Positions 19,011 to 28,355 of a stretch of 64,000 nucleotides of DNA are shown here, piece after piece. Numbering within the stretch: position 1 is the stretch's first letter; the number at the start of each line of letters is the position of its first letter. The DNA is from Corallococcus sp. NCRR (GTDB taxonomy: Bacteria > Myxococcota > Myxococcia > Myxococcales > Myxococcaceae). The translations under genes and the position numbers were made by a program. The notes under the pieces were generated by a model, which was not told where the DNA came from, did no database searches, and worked only from the letters and a program-made list of their open reading frames with translations. Location of the stretch: contig NZ_CP114039.1 of assembly GCF_026965535.1 (NCBI RefSeq), positions 7,971,461-8,035,460 of the forward strand, in the 5' to 3' direction.

Positions 19011-20573
19011 ATGCACTCCGTCCCTTCGCGCCCGTTCGCGCCGCGGGCCTTCCTGGCCTCGCTGACCCTCTGTGCTTCCGTGTTCGCCGCCTGTGGTGGT
19101 GACAAGCCGGCCCCCACTCCGGACCCGCCGACGGTGACGCTCACCGTGCCTCAGCCCAACACGGCGGCTCCGTCGCTGACGGTGCGGGTCATCGTGTCCG
19201 GGTGTGACGCCGTGTCGCAGGTGGACATCTACGACCGGGACACGTTCTTGAAGACCGTGCCCTACACCAGCGGGTCCATGGACTTCGAGCTGGCCGCGAA
19301 TGAAATCAAGTACACGCGCGGCCTCGCCGTGGGCCTGTCGCTCAACGCGCGGGCGACGTGCTCGGACGGCCGGACGAACGTGTCCCAGCCGCAGGCGGCC
19401 ACGTTCCTGCCGGTGACGAAGGTCATCAAGGATCCGGACCCCAACGGCCAGGTGGTGACGGACTTCTTCATCGCCGAGAGCAGCGGCACGAACGTCGCCT
19501 TCATCGGGTGCGGCAACCCCACCACGGGCTCCGGCACGCTCTTCCGCGTGGACTCGGCGGGCGTGGTGCGCAACTCGGTGGAGATGGGCATCCCGTGCAG
19601 TTCCTCCACGGTCATCACCAGCATCAATAGTCAGACTGGCAAGCGGTGGGTGTGGACGCCGGGCTCGGGCGCCGTGGCGGTGGACGCCAACTTCGCCATC
19701 ACCGGCCGCACCGCGCCCACGTACAAGCTGCAGAACCTGTCCGTGATGGCCAACGGCGACGCGCTGGTGAACGACCTGTACACGGTGTCGCGCCTCAAGC
19801 ACACGGCGTCCGGCGGCTCCTTCCAGTGGACGTTCGAGAACGCGCCGCTGCAGCCCATCACCCCGCCCAAGGAGAAGGGCCAGCAGGTGCTGGTGGCCTA
19901 CCCGACGGACGCGGGTGGCGGCGGGAACACGCTGCAGATCGAGATCGCCACCCTGGACGCGAACGCCACGAGCGCGGACCTCCAGCCGGTGAGCACGCGG
20001 GTCATCTACAAGTACAACGGCCTCATCAGCGCGCCGCCGCCCGCGTCGTTCAGCGTGGATGGCTCCACGCTCTACATGTCCTTCGACTTCGCCAACAACC
20101 AGTCGCGCATCGAGGCCTGCTCCACGGAGGCCGCGGGCTGCGAGGGCACCGCGTACCGCTGGTCCAGCACCACGTTCCCGGTGTCCATCCGCTTCATCTT
20201 GCCGTACTCGGCCGGTTCGCGGCTGGCGGCCATTGGCGACCAGCGCGTGTGGTTCCTGGACTCGGTGAACGGCATCGTCACCAACAAGGGTGGCACGTCC
20301 GTGGACGCGTCCGGGCAGCTGCGCATCCTCCAGGTGCAGCTGGGCCAGCCGACGAGCCCGGAGTTCTACCTGCTCACCGGCCCGAACGTGGCGGGCGCCC
20401 TGCCCCAGGAGATCGTCGCGGTGGACTCCGCCGAAAAGGGCGAGCTGTTCCGCTACGAGGTCTCCAGCAGCCTGTCCTGCTCCGTAGATGACAGCGGGCG
20501 GCTGTGGATGCGCGTGGGCAACAACCTGGTCCAGGCCCTCACGCTGCCCGAGTACCGCGCCGTCAAGCCGTGA
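19011..20573 (+). CDS. Lipoprotein of unknown function, predicted secreted beta-rich
   Basis: ATG 19011; signal peptide with lipobox (SVFAAC|GG). It is S/T/G-rich with no catalytic motif. The upstream part of the supplied ORF is non-coding. Confidence 0.55.
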   Translation: MHSVPSRPFAPRAFLASLTLCASVFAACGGDKPAPTPDPPTVTLTVPQPNTAAPSLTVRVIVSGCDAVSQVDIYDRDTFLKTVPYTSGSMDFELAANEIKYTRGLAVGLSLNARATCSDGRTNVSQPQAATFLPVTKVIKDPDPNGQVVTDFFIAESSGTNVAFIGCGNPTTGSGTLFRVDSAGVVRNSVEMGIPCSSSTVITSINSQTGKRWVWTPGSGAVAVDANFAITGRTAPTYKLQNLSVMANGDALVNDLYTVSRLKHTASGGSFQWTFENAPLQPITPPKEKGQQVLVAYPTDAGGGGNTLQIEIATLDANATSADLQPVSTRVIYKYNGLISAPPPASFSVDGSTLYMSFDFANNQSRIEACSTEAAGCEGTAYRWSSTTFPVSIRFILPYSAGSRLAAIGDQRVWFLDSVNGIVTNKGGTSVDASGQLRILQVQLGQPTSPEFYLLTGPNVAGALPQEIVAVDSAEKGELFRYEVSSSLSCSVDDSGRLWMRVGNNLVQALTLPEYRAVKP

Positions 20574-20582
20574 CGGCGGGCC

Positions 20583-21323
20583 TCAGGGCCTGTCGGCGAC
20601 GAGGAGCGCTTCCACGTTGCCGGCGGGCCCGGGCACGGGTGAGTCCATCACCCCGCGCACGCTGAGCCCGTGCTCGCGCACGAAGGCCGTCACGGTGTCG
20701 ATGGCGTCCTGACGCGCCGCCGGGTCGCGCACCACGCCGCCCTTGCCCACGCGCTCCGGGCCCACCTCGAACTGGGGCTTCACCAGGGCGATGAGCAGCC
20801 CGCCCGGCGAGAGGAACGGCAGCACCGACGGCAGCACCTGCGTGAGCGAGATGAAGCTCACGTCGATGACGACCACGCCCACCTTCTCCGGCAGGTCCTC
20901 GTCCGTGAGGTAGCGCGCGTTGACCCGCTCGCGGGAGCGCACGCGTGGGTCCACGCGCAGCTTCTCGTGCAGTTGGCCGTAGCCCACGTCGATGGCGTGC
21001 ACCCGCACCGCGCCGTGCTGGAGCAGGCAGTCGGTGAAGCCGCCGGTGCTGGCGCCGATGTCCGCGCCCACGCGGCCCGTCACGTCCAGGCCGAAGCGGT
21101 CCATGGCCGCCTTCAGCTTGAGGCCGCCGCGCGACACGTACGGCAGCACCTCGCCCTTGAGGCGCAGCTCGGCCTCCACGGGGACGAGGGAGCCGGGCTT
21201 GTCCACGCGCTGATCCGCCACCACCACCTGGCCGGCGAGGATGAGCGCCTGGGCCTTGGTGCGGGACTCGGCGAGCCCGCGCTCCACCACCAGCACGTCC
21301 AGGCGTTCCTTCTTCGGCTTCAC
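20583..21323 (-). CDS. tlyA: TlyA-family rRNA 2'-O-methyltransferase (hemolysin A-like), S4 plus FtsJ domains
   Basis: S4 RNA-binding N-terminus (RLDVLVVERGLAESRTKAQALILAG), FtsJ-like SAM-binding GADIGASTGGFTDCLLQHGA and DVSFIS. The start overlaps the dxs stop (ATGA). Confidence 0.8.
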   Translation of the reverse strand: MKPKKERLDVLVVERGLAESRTKAQALILAGQVVVADQRVDKPGSLVPVEAELRLKGEVLPYVSRGGLKLKAAMDRFGLDVTGRVGADIGASTGGFTDCLLQHGAVRVHAIDVGYGQLHEKLRVDPRVRSRERVNARYLTDEDLPEKVGVVVIDVSFISLTQVLPSVLPFLSPGGLLIALVKPQFEVGPERVGKGGVVRDPAARQDAIDTVTAFVREHGLSVRGVMDSPVPGPAGNVEALLVADRP

Positions 21324-23176
21324 CGGCGCTCCTCTCCCAGCAGCGCACGGCCCGCTCTGCGCAGGCCCGCCGCGTCCAGTCCCAGCTGCGTGCGCTGCAC
21401 CCGCGCGTCCCCGTGCGGCAGGAAGACATCCGGCATGCCCAGGAGCGTCACCCGGGGGGACACGCCGGACGCGGCGTACAGCTCCAGCACCGCGCTGCCC
21501 AGGCCGCCCCGGACGGTGCCCTCCTCCGCCACCACCACGTGCCCGCCCGCCGCGGCCTCCAGCAGCGCGGCCTCATCCAGAGGCCACGCCCGGCGCGCGT
21601 CCAGCACGCTCCAGTCCGGCTCGGACCGGGCGGCCTCCAGCGCGGACAGGCCCAGCGGTCCCAGCGTCACCAGCGTCAGCCGTGAGCCGGCCACGCGCTT
21701 CAACCAGCGGGCGCCCGGTAGGGAGAACGCGGCCGGCGCCATCCGCGAGGCCGTGAAGCCCATGCCCCCTACCGAGCCAGCGCGCGTGTCGTGAGTCGGC
21801 TGCCCGGCCGAGGCCGGTCCCGGCGCCTCCGCTCCGCTTCGTGCCAGCTCCGGCGGGAGGTCCGGCAACGTGCCTCGCGGGAAGCGCAGCACGGAGGGCC
21901 CATTTGACTGGAGCGCGGTGGCGAGCATGGGCCCCAGGTCCTCTCCCACCACCGGGGCCCACTGCGTGAGGCCCGGCAGCGGCCGGAGGAAGGACACGTC
22001 GTAGGCGCCCTGGTGCGTGGCGCCGTCCGCGCCCACGAGCCCCGCCCGGTCCACCGCGAAGACGACGGGCAGCCCCGGCAGGCACACGTCGTGGACCACC
22101 TGGTCATACGCGCGCTGGAGGAAGGTGGAGTAGATGACGCAGACCGGCTTCGCGCCCGCGGCGGCCAGCCCCGCGCAGAACGTCACCGCGTGCTGCTCCG
22201 CGATGCCCACGTCGTGCACGCGGTCCGGGAAGCGCGCCTTCAAGCCCGTGAGCGCGCTGCCCTCCAGCATCGCGGGCGTCACGGCCACCACGCGCGGGTC
22301 GCGCTCCAGCGCATCTCCCAGCACCTGGGCGAAGGCCTCGCTGAACGTGGGCCGTCCTCCACGCGAGCGCACCAGCTTGCCGTCGCGCCACTCGTAGGGC
22401 CCCATCGCGTGGCCGCGCGTCTGCTCGTCCGCCTCCGCGGGCGGGAAGCCGCGCCCCTTCTTCGTCAGCGCGTGCACCACCACCGGGCGCGATGACGCCT
22501 TCGCCTCGCGCAGCGCCCGCGTGAGCGCGCCCAGGTCGTGCCCGTCCACCGGGCCCAGGTAGGTGAAGCCCAGCGACTCGAAGAAGGCGCGGGCGTTGCG
22601 CGTGCGCAGGAGCGCGGGGATGGCGCCCACGTTCGCGCTGATGGACATCTGGTTGTCGTTGAGCACCACCACGAGCGGCAGCGGGCTGCCCCCCGCGTTG
22701 TTGAGCCCCTCGAAGCTCAGGCCCCCGGTGAGCGCGCCGTCGCCCACCACCGCCACCACGTGGCCCGTGTGGCCCAGCTGCCGCCGGCCGGAGAGCAGCC
22801 CCAGCGCCGCGGAGATGGCCGTGCACGCGTGCCCGGCCGCCAGCGCGTCATGGTGGCTTTCGCGCGGGTCCAGGAACGGCGCGATGCCATCCGCCTGCCG
22901 CAGCGTGTGCATCCGGTCGCGCCGGCCGGTGAGCAGCTTGTGCGCGTACGCCTGGTGCCCCACGTCGAAGAGGAGCGCGTCCTGCGGCGTGTGGAAGACG
23001 CGGTGCAGGGCCACGATCAACTCGACCGCGCCCAGCGACGCGCCCAGGTGACCGCCCACGCGGCCGCACGTGGTGATGATGGCCTCGCGCAGCGCCTCGC
23101 ACAGGCCGGGCAGCGCGTCCTCGGAGAGAGCGCGCACATCCGCGGGAGACGCGACACCGGACAGCACGTCCGCCAT
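21320..23176 (-). CDS. dxs: 1-deoxy-D-xylulose-5-phosphate synthase
   Basis: Dxs N-terminus (MADVLSGVASPADVRALSEDALPGLCEALREAIITTCGRVGGHLGASLG), TPP-binding GDG…N motif, transketolase-like C-terminus. The start is ATG 23176, overlapping the ispA stop. The ORF's long G/R-rich N-terminal extension is not coding. Confidence 0.85.
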   Translation of the reverse strand: MADVLSGVASPADVRALSEDALPGLCEALREAIITTCGRVGGHLGASLGAVELIVALHRVFHTPQDALLFDVGHQAYAHKLLTGRRDRMHTLRQADGIAPFLDPRESHHDALAAGHACTAISAALGLLSGRRQLGHTGHVVAVVGDGALTGGLSFEGLNNAGGSPLPLVVVLNDNQMSISANVGAIPALLRTRNARAFFESLGFTYLGPVDGHDLGALTRALREAKASSRPVVVHALTKKGRGFPPAEADEQTRGHAMGPYEWRDGKLVRSRGGRPTFSEAFAQVLGDALERDPRVVAVTPAMLEGSALTGLKARFPDRVHDVGIAEQHAVTFCAGLAAAGAKPVCVIYSTFLQRAYDQVVHDVCLPGLPVVFAVDRAGLVGADGATHQGAYDVSFLRPLPGLTQWAPVVGEDLGPMLATALQSNGPSVLRFPRGTLPDLPPELARSGAEAPGPASAGQPTHDTRAGSVGGMGFTASRMAPAAFSLPGARWLKRVAGSRLTLVTLGPLGLSALEAARSEPDWSVLDARRAWPLDEAALLEAAAGGHVVVAEEGTVRGGLGSAVLELYAASGVSPRVTLLGMPDVFLPHGDARVQRTQLGLDAAGLRRAGRALLGEERR

Positions 23177-24069
23177 CAGGACTTCCGCTCCACCGAGTAG
23201 CGCGCCAGCGCCGCGAGCGGACCGTCCACGCCCTCCAGCGGGCGCACCGCGGCTTCCGCCCGGGCCACCAGCTCGTCGGCCATGCGGCGGGACTCGTCCA
23301 GCCCCACCACCGCCGGGAAGGTGAAGCGCCCGGCCTCCGCGTCCGCGCCCACCGGCTTGCCCATGGCCTCCGCGCTGGAGGTCACGTCCAGCACGTCGTC
23401 GGCGATCTGGAAGGCCAGGCCCACCGCCTCGCCGTACGTCACCGCGCTCGCCAGCGCCGCCGCGTCGCCTCCGGCCGCCAGCACGCCCATCCGGCACGCC
23501 GCGAGGATGAGCGCGCCCGTCTTCATCCGGTGCAGCCGCAGGAGATAGTCGAGCGCCGCGGCCCGGTCCGCCGCGATGTCCAGCACCTGCCCGCCCACCA
23601 TGCCGCTCGCGCCCGCCGCGCGCGCCAGCTCCGCGCACAGGATGCCGCGCACCGGCTCCGGCCCCGAGGCGAGCACGTGGAAGGCCTCCGTCAACAGCCC
23701 GTCCCCGGCCAGCAGCGCCATCGGCTCGCCGTACACCTTGTGGTTCGTGGGCCGGCCCCGGCGAAGGTCGTCGTTGTCCAGGCAGGGCAGGTCGTCGTGC
23801 ACCAGCGAATAGGTGTGCACGTACTCCAGCGCGCAGGCCGCGTCCGCCACCACGGTGTTCTTGGTGCTCGCCCTGGCCACCGCGTCCGCGAACGCCAGGC
23901 ACAGCACCGGGCGCAGGCGCTTGCCGCCCGCGAGCAGCGAGTAGCGCATGGCCTCCGCCAGCCGGGGCGGCGTGCCCGCGGGGCCCAGGCGGTCCGCGCG
24001 TTCGAGCAGGAGCGCCTCCACCCGCGCCTGGTGCGTGCGCATGAAGGGTTCCAGGTTGAATGCGGCCAT
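23176..24069 (-). CDS. ispA: Farnesyl-diphosphate synthase (polyprenyl synthetase)
   Basis: First and second aspartate-rich motifs (LVHDDLPCLDNDDLRRGRP … FQIADDVLD). The start is ATG 24069. Confidence 0.85.
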   Translation of the reverse strand: MAAFNLEPFMRTHQARVEALLLERADRLGPAGTPPRLAEAMRYSLLAGGKRLRPVLCLAFADAVARASTKNTVVADAACALEYVHTYSLVHDDLPCLDNDDLRRGRPTNHKVYGEPMALLAGDGLLTEAFHVLASGPEPVRGILCAELARAAGASGMVGGQVLDIAADRAAALDYLLRLHRMKTGALILAACRMGVLAAGGDAAALASAVTYGEAVGLAFQIADDVLDVTSSAEAMGKPVGADAEAGRFTFPAVVGLDESRRMADELVARAEAAVRPLEGVDGPLAALARYSVERKS

Positions 24070-24074
24070 CGGCG

Positions 24075-24464
24075 TCAGGGCTCCTTCGCCACGTCGGCGG
24101 GGATGAGTTGGCGGATGCGATTGACGAGCGCGTCCAGCTCCAGCGGCTTCACGAAGTAGTCGGCCGCGCCGACCTCCATGCCGCGCCGCTTGTCCTCCGG
24201 GTCTCCGCGCCCGCTGATGAAGATGATGGGGATGTCCCGGAACTGCTTGTTCTGCTTCACGGCCTGGCACAGCTCGAAGCCGTTGATCCAGGACATGTTC
24301 ACGTCCAGGAGGATGGCATGCGGCCGGTGCAGCTCCAGCGACGCGACGAGCCGCAGGCCATTGGCCGCAGACATGACCTCGAACCCCTCGGCCCCCAGGG
24401 CCTCGGCGAGCAGCTCGCGCGTGTCGCGGTCGTCATCGACAATCGTAATCTTCGGCTTCGACAT
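24075..24464 (-). CDS. Single-domain CheY-like response regulator (receiver only)
   Basis: 129 aa with a receiver fold: KITIVDDD…, phospho-acceptor Asp in AILLDVNMSWINGFEL, and Lys in …YFVKP. No output domain. Confidence 0.8.
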   Translation of the reverse strand: MSKPKITIVDDDRDTRELLAEALGAEGFEVMSAANGLRLVASLELHRPHAILLDVNMSWINGFELCQAVKQNKQFRDIPIIFISGRGDPEDKRRGMEVGAADYFVKPLELDALVNRIRQLIPADVAKEP

Positions 24465-24494
24465 GCCCGGCCTCCGCCCTTCCCCAGCTGATGC

Positions 24495-24833
24495 CTAGAA
24501 CGGGACATCGTCCTCCGGTGGCGGACGCGCCTGCGCGCTCGTCCGGGGGGCGGCCTGGGGAGCGGGACGCGCCGCCACCGCCAGCGGCGCCACCACGTCC
24601 TGGCCGTCCTCGTCCACCAGCAGCTGTTCGATTCGCTGCTCGGCCTCCGTGAGCAGCTTCTCGCCCCGGCGGACGAGGCGGATGCCCTCCTCGAACGCCT
24701 TGAGCGACTCTTCCAACGACAGGTCGCCGCTTTCCAGCCGCGCCACCGTCTCTTCCAGGCGCGACACCACGTCCCCGTACTGCTCCGGAGCGGGCTCCAC
24801 CTTGGGGTTCTTGTCCGACTTCGCCACGGCCAT
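24495..24833 (-). CDS. xseB: Exodeoxyribonuclease VII small subunit with a Pro-rich C-terminal extension
   Basis: XseB helical core (VSRLEETVARLESGDLSLEESLKAFEEGIRLVRRGEKLLTEAEQRIEQL) followed by ~35 aa of P/A-rich tail. Confidence 0.75.
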   Translation of the reverse strand: MAVAKSDKNPKVEPAPEQYGDVVSRLEETVARLESGDLSLEESLKAFEEGIRLVRRGEKLLTEAEQRIEQLLVDEDGQDVVAPLAVAARPAPQAAPRTSAQARPPPEDDVPF

Positions 24834-24874
24834 CCACCTCCCCGAGCGGGGCGCGGAATGTAGAGGGTGGCCCG

Positions 24875-26587
24875 CTAGCAGTCCACCGGGCCTTTCAGGC
24901 TGGTAACGGTCGCTTCGATTTCTTCACACCCACCCAGGGTTTTCGCCCCGTGGGCCGCCAGCTTGATGCCCAGCACGTCCCCCACCACCACGTCCGCCAT
25001 GGAGCGCACCACGACGCCGTCCCGCTGGCGGAACGTCACCGCGTAGCCTCGGGACATCACCTTCAGGGGGCTCAAGGCGTCCAGGCGGCCCCCCAACCGT
25101 CCGAAGTGCGTCTGCGCGGACGCCAGCATGCCCCGCTGCAGCTCCAGGAGCCGCGAGCGGGCCTGGGCCACCTTCGCCCGCTCGGCCGCCACCCGCGCCG
25201 TGGGGGATTGCCGCTCCAGCCCCAGCCGCGCGTCCGCCAGCGCGCCCCGCCGCCGGGACACGCCCGCGCGCGCCGCCTCCGACAGGCGCATGGCCAGCTT
25301 CAGCAGGTGCGCCCGCTGCTCCGACAGCCGTGTCTGGGGCCGCGCCCGCTGCAGCCGCTCCTGCAAGGCGCGCAGCGTCTCCCGGTCCTGACGCGCGCGG
25401 GGGCGCAGCACGCGCATCATCGCCTCCACCTGTTCGGACAAATGCAGGCGCTGGTGGTTCACCTCGCGGCGAGGGTCCGGCAGCCGCGCGCGGAGCTGGC
25501 CCTGGCGCTCGCGCAGCTCCAGCACCCGGCGCTCCATGGCCCGGCGCAGACGGCCGGACTGCGTGGCCAGCGTCAGCTCCAGGTCCGCGAGCACCGGCGC
25601 CAGCCGCTCCGCCGCCGCGCTGGGCGTGGGCGCGCGCAGGTCCGCGACGAAGTCGGAGATGGTGAAGTCGATTTCATGGCCGATGGCGGACACCACCGGC
25701 ACCGGCGAGGCGAAGATGGCGCGCGCCACCCGCTCCTCGTTGAACGTCCAGAGGTCCTCCACGGAGCCTCCGCCGCGCGTCACGACGATGACGTCCACGT
25801 CGGTGCGCGAGAGCCGCTCGATGGCCCGCGCCACGTCCTCCGCGGAGCCCTCTCCCTGCACGCGCGCGTCCGCCAGCAGCACGCCCAGCCGGGGGTTGCG
25901 CGAGTGCAACACGCGCAGGAAATCCTGGAGCGCCGCGCCGGTGCGGCTGGTCACGACGCCGATGCGCCGGGGCAGGAACGGCACGGGCCGGGGCGGCCGC
26001 ACGCGCCGGTCGCCGATGAGCCCCTCCGCCGCCAGCCGCTGCTTGAGCTGCTCGAACGCGAGCGCCAGCGCCCCCTCGCCCACTGGCTCCAGCCGGGACA
26101 CGATGAGGCTGTAGCGGCCCTGCGGCTCGTACAGGTCGACGCTGCCCTCGGCCACCACCTCCATGCCGTCGCGCAGCGCGAAGCGGATCCGCGACGCCAT
26201 GGACGCCCACACCTTCGCGTCGATGGAGGCGTCCGAGTCCTTGAGCGTGAAGTACCAGTGGCCGCGCGCGTTGGCGCCGCGGAAGCTGGACACCTCGCCG
26301 CGCACCATCACGCGCGGGAAGCGCGACTCCACCGTCTGCTTGATCTGCCGGGTGAGCTCGCCCACCGACAGCACCGTGCGCTCCGGGCGCGGCGGCGGCG
26401 TGACGGCGGCCGGGGGCGGCGCGGCGATCTCCGCCACCGGCGCGGCCGGGGGAGCCGGAGGCGGCTTGCCCGTGCTGGCGGTCTTCGCCGGCGCGGGACG
26501 CAAGGGGGGTAGCAGCGACGTGCCGAACAGGTCGCCCTGCCCCGGCTCGTCGGCCGGGGGAGGCTCCATCCCCTTGCGCTTCTTCAT
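24875..26587 (-). CDS. xseA: Exodeoxyribonuclease VII large subunit with a Pro/Ala-rich N-terminal extension
   Basis: OB-fold (tRNA_anti-like) (SVGELTRQIKQTVESRFPRVMVRGEVSSFRGANARGHWYFTLKD), XseA catalytic and coiled-coil C-terminal regions. The start is ATG 26587 (MKKRKGMEPPP…). The upstream ORF extension is antisense GC artefact. Confidence 0.8.
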   Translation of the reverse strand: MKKRKGMEPPPADEPGQGDLFGTSLLPPLRPAPAKTASTGKPPPAPPAAPVAEIAAPPPAAVTPPPRPERTVLSVGELTRQIKQTVESRFPRVMVRGEVSSFRGANARGHWYFTLKDSDASIDAKVWASMASRIRFALRDGMEVVAEGSVDLYEPQGRYSLIVSRLEPVGEGALALAFEQLKQRLAAEGLIGDRRVRPPRPVPFLPRRIGVVTSRTGAALQDFLRVLHSRNPRLGVLLADARVQGEGSAEDVARAIERLSRTDVDVIVVTRGGGSVEDLWTFNEERVARAIFASPVPVVSAIGHEIDFTISDFVADLRAPTPSAAAERLAPVLADLELTLATQSGRLRRAMERRVLELRERQGQLRARLPDPRREVNHQRLHLSEQVEAMMRVLRPRARQDRETLRALQERLQRARPQTRLSEQRAHLLKLAMRLSEAARAGVSRRRGALADARLGLERQSPTARVAAERAKVAQARSRLLELQRGMLASAQTHFGRLGGRLDALSPLKVMSRGYAVTFRQRDGVVVRSMADVVVGDVLGIKLAAHGAKTLGGCEEIEATVTSLKGPVDC

Positions 26588-28320
26588 CGCGACAGCTTCT
26601 CGACCCAGCCCTGGGCCTTGCCGTGCAGTTCGTCGTCCGGCGGCGTCATCGCGACGACGTCGCGGAACTTGGGCAGCGCGTCCTCCGGGCTGGAGTCCTT
26701 GATGGAGTAGGCCTGCATGTACAGGTCCTTCGCCTTGCCCTTGAGGTCGTTGACGATGTTGGCGGCGCCCGCGTGGCTGGGGTCCGCCTGGAGCGCGCGG
26801 CGGGCGAACTCCATGGCGCGCGACCACTGGCCGGCGGCCTTCGCGCCCGCAGCGCTCTTGTAATAGATGTTGCCCGCGCGGGTGCCCGCGTTGCGCGCCA
26901 TCTTGCTCGTGCGCCCGTCGGTGATGTCCTTGTCCAGCGCGAGCAGGCGGGTGAGGCCCTTGGCGTCCAGGTCCTCCAGCTTCTTGTAGAGGTTGCCGAA
27001 CTCCGTCATCTGCGCCATCAGCTGCTTGCACTGGGCCGTCTTGGCCGAGCACGCGTTGAGGATGGCCACCGCGCCGGTGATGTCCGCGTCGCGGAAGCGG
27101 TCCACCGCGGGCTCCCACGGCTTGGGCGCCGCGGCCACGCGCACCGGGTCCGGACGCGTCAGGTCCGCGATGACGCGCACGGCGTCGTCATTCACGAGCT
27201 TGCCGTCGCGGTGCTCGGGGAAGGTCGCGAGCACGTCGTCGGTGATGGCCTTGGCCTGCTGCACGCTCTCCAGCTGGCGGGTGTCCAGGAGCCGCTTGGC
27301 CTCCTTCGTGCGCGTGTCGGCGGCGTCCGCCAGGTTCTTGCGCGCCGTCTTCAGCTGCTCGTAGAGCTGGGTGTCGGTCGTCACCTTGTCGATGGACGCC
27401 TTCGCGTTCGCCAGCTCGCCCTTGTCCAGCGCCGCCTTGGCCGTGCTCAGGTGGTTCTGGTTGGGAATCTCCCGCTCGGCGGCCTTCAGGTAGTCCGCCA
27501 CGCCGGGGTAGTCCGGCGCCTGCGCGTGGAGCTCCTCCAGCTTCGCCTTGGCCTGCTGCCACTGGCCCTCGCGCACCAGGTTCTTGGCCTCCTGGAAGAG
27601 GCCACCCAGCTGCTCGCGGTAGCTGCGCTGCTCCGCCTCGATGCGGCCCTGCTCCTCCGCCTGGGCACGCATGCGCGAGCGCGCGACGCCCAGGCCCGCG
27701 AAGAGCAGCACCAGCACGGCGGCGCCCGCGAGCTTGATCCGCAGGCGCTTCTTCTGCATCTCCGGCGTGAGCTCCGCGGCGGCGGCGGCACGCGACGTCT
27801 GCGGGCGCGCGCGGCCTTCCCGGGCGGGACGCGCGGGCACGGCCGAGGCACCGCGGCCCGCCGAGGACGGACGGGGCCGGGGGCTGGAGGGGGCCTGCAC
27901 CTTGGCGGTGCTGTTGGCGGTGTCCTCGTAGCGCAGCTCCGAGTCGCCCAGCGTGATGACGTCGCCGTTGGCGAGGAGCGTCTCCTCGGCGATGGGCTCG
28001 CCGTTGACGATGGTGCCGTTGCCGGAGCCCATGTCACTGACCATCCAGCCGGCGGACTCCTTGCGCAGCGTCACGTGCTTGCGGGAGACGGACGTGTCCT
28101 GGATGCAGATGGGGTTGTCGGTGGAGCGGCCGACCGTGTACTCGAGCTCGGAGAGCGCGAACTCCTCGCCCTCCATGGGGCCGGCGACGACGACGAGCTT
28201 CGCGGGACGGGCCGCGGCGGCACCGGCGGTCGACCGGCGGACCGGCGCGCGCGATCCGGTCCCGGAGGAGGGCGTGCCAGATGTAGGCCGTCGGCGAGCG
28301 GGGGGAGGTGCGTTCGACAT
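26584..28320 (-). CDS. FHA-domain bitopic membrane protein (first gene of the Tad-like 'Kil-type' cluster)
   Basis: FHA domain (…YTVGRSTDNPICIQDTSVSRKHVTLRKESAGWMVSDMGSGNGTIVNGEPI). There is a single TM (LAGAAVLVLLFAGLGVA), then a ~350-aa helical/TPR-like periplasmic region. The start is ATG 28320. Confidence 0.75.
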   Translation of the reverse strand: MSNAPPPARRRPTSGTPSSGTGSRAPVRRSTAGAAAARPAKLVVVAGPMEGEEFALSELEYTVGRSTDNPICIQDTSVSRKHVTLRKESAGWMVSDMGSGNGTIVNGEPIAEETLLANGDVITLGDSELRYEDTANSTAKVQAPSSPRPRPSSAGRGASAVPARPAREGRARPQTSRAAAAAELTPEMQKKRLRIKLAGAAVLVLLFAGLGVARSRMRAQAEEQGRIEAEQRSYREQLGGLFQEAKNLVREGQWQQAKAKLEELHAQAPDYPGVADYLKAAEREIPNQNHLSTAKAALDKGELANAKASIDKVTTDTQLYEQLKTARKNLADAADTRTKEAKRLLDTRQLESVQQAKAITDDVLATFPEHRDGKLVNDDAVRVIADLTRPDPVRVAAAPKPWEPAVDRFRDADITGAVAILNACSAKTAQCKQLMAQMTEFGNLYKKLEDLDAKGLTRLLALDKDITDGRTSKMARNAGTRAGNIYYKSAAGAKAAGQWSRAMEFARRALQADPSHAGAANIVNDLKGKAKDLYMQAYSIKDSSPEDALPKFRDVVAMTPPDDELHGKAQGWVEKLSR

Positions 28321-28355
28321 GGGGTCACCGCGTCCTGCTGAGGGGGGCACGGGCC

